IMG/VR virus record: IMGVR_UViG_3300034104_002314
Span: 1-62,103 of that record
DNA from: a virus
Taxonomy: Duplodnaviria > Caudoviricetes
Length of the DNA stretch: 62,103 nucleotides
Strand: one strand, 5' to 3'
This document shows positions 11,201 to 19,061 of this stretch, in pieces (position 1 is the first letter of the stretch; the number at the start of each line of letters is the position of its first letter). Made by a program: the position numbers and the translations under genes. A model generated the notes under the pieces. It worked only from the letters and a program-made list of their open reading frames with translations. It was not told where the DNA came from and searched no databases.

Positions 11201-13845
11201 CATACAATTATAGTATAAATAATCTTAAAAGATCTGACACAGCAGTATTAAGAACAAACTGTGGAGTTCAACAAAATAATCCAGATAAAGGTCCTGCATA
11301 TATAACAGCAAATAACCAAAGTATATACTTAGATCAAAGTCTTCAAACTCTTGGAACTTTGAATTCAGGTTTTGCAGAATTCCCTACTACAGCAGCATTA
11401 AACTCTATTCCAAGTTATACTGAATTTGACAGACCATTTTCAATGAGAATTGCAAGTCATTATGCTGCGGTAAAAGTAAGACTGGGTAATCAGTATGGTC
11501 AGTTACAATCTACATATCAAAGTATAAAACAAATAGTAATTACACCTTGTGAACAAAAGATTGGAATAGCAGGTAATATCTTTAATCAATATACAACAAG
11601 TGGTATATGTTATGATGAACAAGTAAAACAACGTAAACTTACAACAACACCATTATTATTTGGTGGAGACATTTTTATAAATAGATATACAGAAAAGAAT
11701 TCTATGTTCTTTTTTTATGATTGGTTATATGGACAACCTGATGGATTTGAATATAACTATGCCATAAGAAACATGATTCCTTTTGCAAGATTTTATGCAA
11801 ACTCACAAAGATTTGATTCATCTGATTTATTAGGCTTTTCTGGATCTGGGGATACAGCAGTTCCTCAAGCAACAGGAACAAGTCCCACTGACTTTTATAA
11901 CTTAGATAATGAAAATTACAGTCTAGGTACGGATGATCCAAAACCTTATCCAGGAATATTCAGACCAAAGAACTCTTATTTTTATCTAGCTAATTCTTCC
12001 GTAAGAGATTTCTTTGTAGAATCTGAAGTACTTGTAGACTTTAGGATTGACGGAGACTATGAATGGGAAAAGAGTTATAACCCATATAAGTATACAGACT
12101 TAGTATCCATGTTTAATATGGATCCTCAGATAATCACTAGAGGTAATGAATATAGATATGATTACTCTTTAAGTATCTCCAAACTATTTACTAATTACTT
12201 TTCATATGGTACTTTACAAAGTAGGTACTATGATCCTAAAGTAGCTTCACTTTGTTACACATATAATCCAAATAGAATTATATATTCCTTACAACAAGCT
12301 GATACAAGTTACAGAGGAGACAACTGGTCAATATTCTTAGCTAATAATTATAAAGACTTTATTAGTGAGGTCAGTGGTATTAAACAAGTAAATAAGAGTG
12401 GTTTATTTATTACATTTAAAAATGATAGCCCATTAATGTTCCAAGGAGTTGATCAATTACAAACTGATCTTGGTACTAAACTTACTATAGGTGACGGAGG
12501 TTTATTTAGCCAACCAGGCCAATCTGTAACTAATGCAGATAAAACTTATGAGTATGGTTCATCACAGAATAGACTTTCTGTAATATCATCTCCTGCAGGT
12601 ATTTATTATATATCCCAAAACCAAGGTAAAATATTTAGTTATGGTGATGGTATAAAAGAAATATCACAGAATGGTTTAAAATGGTGGTTTAATAATTTCC
12701 TACCATATAAGCTAACTATTGACTTCCCAGATTATCCATGGAATGACAATCCTGTAGCAGGTATTGGTTGTCAAACATTATATGATAATGAAAACTCTGT
12801 ACTATACTTTACCAAAAGAGATTATAAATTAAAAGATATTTTCAAAGGAAGGGTGGAATATGTGCCTCTTAATACTGAACCAAAAAAACCTTTTAGTTTT
12901 GGAACATTGTACAGAAGGCAAGGTGACTTTTTCCTATTAGATGGTCAATCTAAGTATCTACTTGGTGATCCTTTCTTGTTTGATGATGCTTCTTGGACAG
13001 TAAGCTTTGATCCTAAAAATGAATTCTTTATTTCATTTCATGATTGGCATCCTGATTTAACTATACCTACTAAAGTAAATTATCTTACAACCAAAACTGT
13101 AAAAGAAACATTCAATGGTACTCAACAGTTAATGGCCAACATATGGAAACATGATACTAATCCGGGTGGATCATGTGGTACTTATTGTAACTTCTATGGT
13201 GTGGACTATCCATTTGAAATAGAGATACCGGTTACAACAGGTCAAACAGTAACTACAATTAAATCTGTAGAGTATATACTAGAGTGTTATAAAAGATCTG
13301 AGTATAACTGTTTTGACCAGTATCATGTACTTGATTTTAATTTTGACAGAGCTTTAATATATAATTCAGAACAAGTTTCTGGATACTTAAACCTAAACTT
13401 ATTTCCAAAAAACAATGTAGCTTTAAGTTTACAATATCCAAGACCTAATCCATCTTTATCTGTAGATCCAACATATTTACCAGTTCCAGGATATGATATA
13501 TTATTTTCTAAAGAAGAAAATAAATATAGACTTAACCAATTCTGGGATATAACAAAAGATAGAGCTGAGTTTCCAATTGGTTCAGGTTATCCTCCACAAG
13601 GACAACTTATTCCTGGAACAACTCAACTTTTAGGCAACTATGATGAAAGACAAATATGGGAAACAGGACCTAGTGGATATAGAAGAATTCTTAATCAAGC
13701 TAACTTAGATTATGTAAAACCACTTTTACAAAGAAAGAAGTTCAGACATTATTTAAATTTCCTAAGTTTGTCAAGAATGGTATCAGGTAATGTGAATATG
13801 ATATTTAAAATATCTAATATTAAAAACCAAGTATCTTTAAGGTAA
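8227..13845 (+). CDS. Tail stabilisation / muzzle protein (P22 gp10-like)
   Basis: 1872 aa; FVKGLNKDSDP, VYWADGLNPDRYLNI, YMRDEVYAFFIRW and IRHHKFPD are hallmark motifs of crAss Tstab. Confidence 0.75.
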   Translation: MAKIQDTSQTKPSSFVKGLNKDSDPTYIQEGMWTHARNVVNNTVEGELGSLSNQPSNFKCPSAFPPGITMPQFASLFKKITSRYVIGAIHLFSDKWIIFTAGHNSTGQPAMSEIGLLEEERCIYRPIVQDACLGFDKRYLISGAARLVQDCSWQVYWADGLNPDRYLNIGDPQTWPTEDFIWALNSYVPAPNSPTTSITQVIYDANVNYYVNANGEQILWPGVQWVENCTEPVDSDGDGEPDPSCVFCTQFNSLDCIHTRLARIIKTPCLKVRLGDSGGTLRNGTYFATLAYSINGVKVSDYFSPSNSQPIWYDNDLQGSLVIEVEADTENFDEFILVIVQNINQGTVARQIGIYSTKTKRIELDQIKEDLISVPVQFLPVVTPIVEKSNQIGEVNDYLLRVGTTSKFDFNYQPLANLIQTRWASVKYPADYYVKGGNKGSYMRDEVYAFFIRWVYDTGDKSASYHIPGRVERDYKINGINYPETTDWLDRNTLAQSDRLFEVYNTAGAFSTHPLIGTTTDDGGTVIAVGDMGYWESEEKYPDNKPDVWNASANCWTAVPIDPVSGLPISDPSYDLCGQHIRHHKFPDNYLNADTLHFESSANYTTFGSNLNIRIMGVFFENIIYPKDNYGEDIPGIVGYEILRGSREGNKSIVAKGMINNFRSYEIRGNAKRNKTGLYANYPFNTIKPSTNLGGTCIFGPSLLPCHNRGFNDPYIKLQDPNDPDKVFDQVVPKEIVSFHSPDTMFRTPFLSFTELKIYGHLLGVSDQQFKEPDRHPKWKLISDEAKTIMYVLGIAEAAYSFQGKYIVNEPPAQPATTNALASVGAPAALAAYQGAVEVYEQAMITYFATGLALVDSVAMAFSGIRPFYEFFIFSAYDAAVGTAAAAGIVTPSPTEYTRELPKWAYLDPVSRALGGLNQFLFYFSEGVDIALRGIYAAVKWDQYALQMIAHGFYGGFGANKITDTVRFRIEDSTYLRDNILELPRYQLNNQTYNYSINNLKRSDTAVLRTNCGVQQNNPDKGPAYITANNQSIYLDQSLQTLGTLNSGFAEFPTTAALNSIPSYTEFDRPFSMRIASHYAAVKVRLGNQYGQLQSTYQSIKQIVITPCEQKIGIAGNIFNQYTTSGICYDEQVKQRKLTTTPLLFGGDIFINRYTEKNSMFFFYDWLYGQPDGFEYNYAIRNMIPFARFYANSQRFDSSDLLGFSGSGDTAVPQATGTSPTDFYNLDNENYSLGTDDPKPYPGIFRPKNSYFYLANSSVRDFFVESEVLVDFRIDGDYEWEKSYNPYKYTDLVSMFNMDPQIITRGNEYRYDYSLSISKLFTNYFSYGTLQSRYYDPKVASLCYTYNPNRIIYSLQQADTSYRGDNWSIFLANNYKDFISEVSGIKQVNKSGLFITFKNDSPLMFQGVDQLQTDLGTKLTIGDGGLFSQPGQSVTNADKTYEYGSSQNRLSVISSPAGIYYISQNQGKIFSYGDGIKEISQNGLKWWFNNFLPYKLTIDFPDYPWNDNPVAGIGCQTLYDNENSVLYFTKRDYKLKDIFKGRVEYVPLNTEPKKPFSFGTLYRRQGDFFLLDGQSKYLLGDPFLFDDASWTVSFDPKNEFFISFHDWHPDLTIPTKVNYLTTKTVKETFNGTQQLMANIWKHDTNPGGSCGTYCNFYGVDYPFEIEIPVTTGQTVTTIKSVEYILECYKRSEYNCFDQYHVLDFNFDRALIYNSEQVSGYLNLNLFPKNNVALSLQYPRPNPSLSVDPTYLPVPGYDILFSKEENKYRLNQFWDITKDRAEFPIGSGYPPQGQLIPGTTQLLGNYDERQIWETGPSGYRRILNQANLDYVKPLLQRKKFRHYLNFLSLSRMVSGNVNMIFKISNIKNQVSLR

Positions 13846-14396
13846 TGAAATATAAAGTAGCTAAATCTAAAATCCCAAATGCAGATAAAGGTTTATTTGC
13901 AAAGAACCCAATTAAGCAAGGTGAAAGAATAGGTCTTGCACATAAACAAGGTCAACCTGTAGGTACACTGGGTAATATGCATAATCACTCTGATGAGCCA
14001 AATATGCATAGTGTTAAAGTTGGTGATAAAAGATATGTGTATGCCAAAAGGGATATTAAACCTGGGGAAGAACTGACTACTAATTATAGAATGCAATCTG
14101 AGTTAGAACAACCTGAAGACTTTATGCGTAAGGGGGGTAGAACAAGAGGATTAGTGCAAATGCCTAAGCCAAGTAAGAAAGGTTTAGCATCTAAGAAGTA
14201 TTCTAGAAGTCTTGAAGCAACAAACAGACTGTTTACAGAAAACAGATTGTTTAAAAAACCTAAGTCTAAAAAGAATAAAGTATTTGATCCTAATGCAAGA
14301 TACTACCAAGGTGGAGGTTATGTAGACCTGGAATTAGATGCTGCTGAAATACAAAAATATATTGACGGTGGTTATGTAGTAGAAGCACTTGATTAA
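13845..14396 (+). CDS. Minimal SET-domain lysine methyltransferase with Lys-rich linker and C-terminal tag
   Basis: SKIPNADKGLFAK (motif I), NHSDEPN and AKRDIKPGEELTTNY (conserved Tyr); TAATG coupling to Tstab. Confidence 0.85.
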   Translation: MKYKVAKSKIPNADKGLFAKNPIKQGERIGLAHKQGQPVGTLGNMHNHSDEPNMHSVKVGDKRYVYAKRDIKPGEELTTNYRMQSELEQPEDFMRKGGRTRGLVQMPKPSKKGLASKKYSRSLEATNRLFTENRLFKKPKSKKNKVFDPNARYYQGGGYVDLELDAAEIQKYIDGGYVVEALD

Positions 14397-14410
14397 ACTT
14401 ATTAAGTTTA
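14394..14410. promoter_or_regulatory. Inverted repeat TAAACTT-N3-AAGTTTA (copy 1)
   Basis: Perfect 7-bp arms; a second copy lies at 21288-21304. Confidence 0.6.
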
Positions 14411-14442
14411 GTCATTAATATAAAATTTATTATATTTAATAT

Positions 14443-17400
14443 ATGAAGAAAAAAGTAAGAATTTACAAAGCTCCAGATGGTAAAGGAAAATTTGTAAACA
14501 AAACTGCAAAGTTTTTACATAAAGCACAAGAAGGTGGTCAACAAGATCAACAAGCACAGATAGCTGATTATGTTTATAAAACATTAGCTAACACTGATGA
14601 GCTTGATATGGAGATGATGAAAGATACTCTCATAGGTGAGTTAGTATCTGCTAAAATTCCTATGGATCAAGCTGAGCAAATGGTAGAAAACATTGCTGCT
14701 AATTTTGAAAGTCAAGAACCAGTTCAAGAACAGGAAGAAGAAATGGATGTCTATGATGAAGGTCTGGCAGAATTACAGCGTCAACAAGAAGAAGCTGAGG
14801 AAGAGAGATTAGCAGGCTTATCTGAAGATTATGGTTATTATGATGATACAGCTGCAGATGGTGAGGATGATGAAGATGATGATGACGATGATATACCTGA
14901 AGAAGCTTACATGCAACAAGGAGGTGATATAATTCCTGAAGATAATGCTGTAAGCTTTACTGGATACTATCCTTTTCAATATAACAGAGACAAACAAACT
15001 TCTTATCAACAAGGTGGTATTACAAAAAGAAAGTACATAGGTCAAGTAATGAAGTTACTTAAGAAACAAGCTGGAGGTGAAGAAGAGAAACCTTCTGCTG
15101 GTTTTGATCCTACTGATACCATGGATAACAAAAAGAAAAATAAAAAGGACAACTTTGTTGCAGCTCTTGCCAATTCTGCTCAAGAAGCTAAAATGAAAGA
15201 GCAAGCTGAAGCTATGTGGGAACAACAGCAACAGCAAATGATGCAGCAACAAACTCCTATGCAACAACAACAGTTTGCTCAGAACGGTGCTGAAATAGGT
15301 GGTGGAGATATTATATATGGAGCAACAGAAGAGGAAAAAGAAGAATGGAGAAGGAATAATGGGCCAAACTATTATCCAGAAATGTCAATAAGCCAAGCAA
15401 GAAGTATGAGTCCAAGAGGTTTTAGTAGAAACCAAATGAGATCATTTGCAGGTATGGTGCCACAGGGTGGATTCTTTCCAATGGGTATGAATATTATGAC
15501 ATATCCTCAAATGGTAATGCCGGAACAAAAACCTATACATGTTCAAGGCACCCTTCCAGGTATGAAGTTAGATGTAAGAAAATCACATTGGCTTACAGGA
15601 AGACCTTCTCAATATTCTATTGAGTTTGGTGGTGACTTTGCTATACCTGGATTTAACATGATGCCGGGTAAAGGTTATGGTAGTAAATCTACTCAAAGAA
15701 AAACTATAGAAGGTGTGTCTAGATTAGTAAATAAAAAAGCTGATCCTGGTAAAAACAATACTACAGTTTTAAATAATAATCCTGAGTATGATAAAGATGG
15801 TAACGGTGTTCCTGATAATGTTCAGAGTAATATAATACCATCAACTCCTGGTATACCTTCTGCATATGATAGAAACGCAAATAACATGTTGGATGTAACT
15901 GAAGTTAAAACAAATCTTCCAGCTGTAAATAAAAATCCTAATAAAGATGCCGTAGGTAAAGGAGCTAAAGTACCTACTAAAACTCAAACTAAAAAAACAG
16001 TTACAGCTACCAAATCAAAACAGGCTGGTCAAAATAAACCTGCAGCATCTTCAGCTAAAGTAACTAATAAAGGAAAAGCAACTGTTACTAGTTCTGATCT
16101 AATCAACAAACAAAAAAAATCAGGTTGGTCAAATAGTGTAACTGGACCAGGAGCAGGATCTTCAACATATGATTTTGTACCAAACTGGGTGAAAAGTGTT
16201 GTTGATAATAATCAGGCTAGAGATGCTGAAAATGAAAAACTTTTAGACTATTTTTTAAACAGTAAATCACCATTACTAAAACAACAAAGTGGAGGTTTTG
16301 TAGATAGTTCAAATCCAGATTTATATAAGTTTGTATATGGTGGAGATGATGTTATCACACAACAAGATATGAACTATTCTGATTCTAGAAATACAGGTAG
16401 CCCTTTCTTTGCTCATGGTGGTTTAGTTCATTATCAAAAAAAGGGTGAAGTAACAGAATATGATAAGGATGGTAATGGTGTACCTGATCTTGTTGAAAGA
16501 ACACCTGGTAAAAATCCTGAAGAGAAAAAAGAAGAAAAGAAAAAAGATGAGCCTAAAAAACCCGAGTTTCAAGCTATCACATCTAAAGAAGATTATGATA
16601 AGAGACTGGCTGAGGAAAGAAAAAAATGGCAAGAAGATTATACAAAACAAAATCAATCTTCAGATGATGTTGGAGGATATGACCCGTATGGAGGATATGT
16701 TCGTAGAAGTTATAGACCAAATGCTTTTGGTAGATATTTCCCAGCCAACACAGTAAGAAGATTAGGTACATGGTCTCAACAACAAGGGATGCCTTATGAT
16801 CCTAGAACAGGTGCAGGATACTTTGGAGGCTTTGGACCCAACACTAATCTTACAAAAATTGATGTAAGAAAATCTGGATGGTTATCTGGTAGACCTAAGA
16901 AGTACACTATGTACTTTAATAATTACAATGTTGATCCCAAACTAGCTGCATTTTTAGAAAGTACAAGTGGTGCTAAACCAGGTACTCAACCCTCTTCAAC
17001 ACCTAGCTATCCAAATACCTCTCCAACATCTAGTAATTCAGACACCCCTTCAAATAAAGAAACTCCTGAAAGAGAGTTTATCTTGCGGTTTAATCAAAAA
17101 AATCCTGAAACCAAAAATGAAGAAGCTAATTATGGACCTTCTGCTGAAGAAACTGCTGCAAGAGATGCTGCTACTGAAGCTAACAAAGGTGTTATAAGAA
17201 ATTTCTCTGAGGTTGAGGGTGTACAAGATGATCCATTTGGTATTGGTATGGGTGGTCCAAGTGAAGAGCCTTCAGACTTTGAAGAGTCAACACAAACATA
17301 TGATTCTCCTGAAGCTGCTAATGAATATGTTCAAGGTGAATGGGGAGATATAATGACAGATGTTTCAGAAGTTTTAGGTCCTGAGTCTCAACAAGAATTT

Positions 17401-19056
17401 GATCAATTCTTAGCAACCAATCCTAGTAAAGGGGCAATAGATGCTAAGATTGAAGACTTTATGCGTCAGAGAAATCAGGCAATAGGTAAAGATGCAGAAT
17501 CAGTTGAAAGAAATACTTTAACAGCAGATACTGAAGAAGAGATTATGAATCAAGAAGCAATGCGTAGAAATCCCATGTTCATGGGAAATTCCGGTGCTCC
17601 TGCTGCAAATCCAAACTTTGGTGCAACTCCTGAAATTGCAACTGGTAATGACTATCAACTGTCTGACAGAGAACAAGCACAGATAGACTACATGATGCAG
17701 AATAGAAGATCTGCTCCTGTAGATTTTCAACCTTATGTTTCTAGAAAGCCATCTGAAAATCTTGCTAATCTAGCCTATACTGATAGTTTACCTGCATTAC
17801 CAGCAACTCCTTTAGAAGCAGGTAATTATGAAGATATGCTTTTAAGTGGCTTTCCGCAATATACAGATGCCTTTGAAGGTGCTGCTTCTAATGATGAGCA
17901 ATATCTTCCAGGAACAATGGATGACATGAGTGAAGGTTCTGTAAGAAATAGAGAGATTGCTGCTAAACAAAAATATAATCAACAACAAGCTGCTATAAGA
18001 CAACAACAATTATTACAACAACAAGCTTCATCTGGTGCTGGAAACTCTAAAACTAATTCCGCTACAAGTAATGATGCACCAAAAGAAAAAGCATTTAATT
18101 CTAATAGACAAGCTAAACAGTCTGGTAACTGGACTGATGACTGGGATATTAAAGGTGTGATAAATAAAAACAAAAATCAATTGGAAACTTTAAAAGACTC
18201 ACCAATTGGTACTAAAACATCATATGCAATTGAAAAAAAATGGGAAAACTTATCTAATGCACAAAGAAAAAAATATAAAAACTTTAATAACTTTTTAAAA
18301 ACAGAAGGTTATGATAAATTTTATAATGCAGTAAATTCAAAACAATTCGGTGGTAATGCAAACTTAAATAGATTTGTCTATGGTGATGAAGTTACTAAAA
18401 CTTCAACAGGAACAGACAGCCCGGTATCAAATACAAACAATCCAATAAATCCTTTTCTCCGTTATGATTCTGCTGGCAAACTTGTCATACCAGGTTTTGG
18501 TGAACCTGAAGAGAACAAAAACCAAGACTTAAAGACTACATTAAACTACTATGAAGGATACGGTCAAGGTGATGAGTTTAGTGCTGCTCCTGCTGGTAGT
18601 GCATCTACTATGGATGAATCAGGAAATGAAATTGTTATGTCCCCAGATGAAGCCAGAAAAAAAATTGCTGAAAATGAATTTGCGGTAGACTTCAAAAACA
18701 AAGATACTTATGAAGTAGATGCACAAGGTATGCTATTATCAGGTAATGCTGGTGCTAGAGGTATACTTGACTTTTTTGAAAGAAGGGATGAAAAAAGAAG
18801 AAATAAAAACTTTAATGATAGATTTACTGCAGACAATCTTTATGCTTCTGATCCTAGTAGAGATCGTGGTGACTATGATACTAATACTGGTTTATACAGA
18901 CCTAATGAACAAGGTCAGATATGGAATAGCAGATCTAAACAATTAGGTGGTTTTATGCAAGAAGGTGGATATGCAGAGGGTGATGTAGTTGACATGACTC
19001 CAGAAGAACTGGAAGAATTTATTGCCAATGGTGGTGAAGTAGAAATTATAAGTTAA
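14443..19056 (+). CDS. Low-complexity internal cargo/ejection protein with xxGG motifs
   Basis: 1537 aa; Q/E/G/N-rich; no Cys seen; many [MYF]QxGG-like motifs and internal duplications. Confidence 0.7.
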   Translation: MKKKVRIYKAPDGKGKFVNKTAKFLHKAQEGGQQDQQAQIADYVYKTLANTDELDMEMMKDTLIGELVSAKIPMDQAEQMVENIAANFESQEPVQEQEEEMDVYDEGLAELQRQQEEAEEERLAGLSEDYGYYDDTAADGEDDEDDDDDDIPEEAYMQQGGDIIPEDNAVSFTGYYPFQYNRDKQTSYQQGGITKRKYIGQVMKLLKKQAGGEEEKPSAGFDPTDTMDNKKKNKKDNFVAALANSAQEAKMKEQAEAMWEQQQQQMMQQQTPMQQQQFAQNGAEIGGGDIIYGATEEEKEEWRRNNGPNYYPEMSISQARSMSPRGFSRNQMRSFAGMVPQGGFFPMGMNIMTYPQMVMPEQKPIHVQGTLPGMKLDVRKSHWLTGRPSQYSIEFGGDFAIPGFNMMPGKGYGSKSTQRKTIEGVSRLVNKKADPGKNNTTVLNNNPEYDKDGNGVPDNVQSNIIPSTPGIPSAYDRNANNMLDVTEVKTNLPAVNKNPNKDAVGKGAKVPTKTQTKKTVTATKSKQAGQNKPAASSAKVTNKGKATVTSSDLINKQKKSGWSNSVTGPGAGSSTYDFVPNWVKSVVDNNQARDAENEKLLDYFLNSKSPLLKQQSGGFVDSSNPDLYKFVYGGDDVITQQDMNYSDSRNTGSPFFAHGGLVHYQKKGEVTEYDKDGNGVPDLVERTPGKNPEEKKEEKKKDEPKKPEFQAITSKEDYDKRLAEERKKWQEDYTKQNQSSDDVGGYDPYGGYVRRSYRPNAFGRYFPANTVRRLGTWSQQQGMPYDPRTGAGYFGGFGPNTNLTKIDVRKSGWLSGRPKKYTMYFNNYNVDPKLAAFLESTSGAKPGTQPSSTPSYPNTSPTSSNSDTPSNKETPEREFILRFNQKNPETKNEEANYGPSAEETAARDAATEANKGVIRNFSEVEGVQDDPFGIGMGGPSEEPSDFEESTQTYDSPEAANEYVQGEWGDIMTDVSEVLGPESQQEFDQFLATNPSKGAIDAKIEDFMRQRNQAIGKDAESVERNTLTADTEEEIMNQEAMRRNPMFMGNSGAPAANPNFGATPEIATGNDYQLSDREQAQIDYMMQNRRSAPVDFQPYVSRKPSENLANLAYTDSLPALPATPLEAGNYEDMLLSGFPQYTDAFEGAASNDEQYLPGTMDDMSEGSVRNREIAAKQKYNQQQAAIRQQQLLQQQASSGAGNSKTNSATSNDAPKEKAFNSNRQAKQSGNWTDDWDIKGVINKNKNQLETLKDSPIGTKTSYAIEKKWENLSNAQRKKYKNFNNFLKTEGYDKFYNAVNSKQFGGNANLNRFVYGDEVTKTSTGTDSPVSNTNNPINPFLRYDSAGKLVIPGFGEPEENKNQDLKTTLNYYEGYGQGDEFSAAPAGSASTMDESGNEIVMSPDEARKKIAENEFAVDFKNKDTYEVDAQGMLLSGNAGARGILDFFERRDEKRRNKNFNDRFTADNLYASDPSRDRGDYDTNTGLYRPNEQGQIWNSRSKQLGGFMQEGGYAEGDVVDMTPEELEEFIANGGEVEIIS

Positions 19057-19061
19057 ATATA

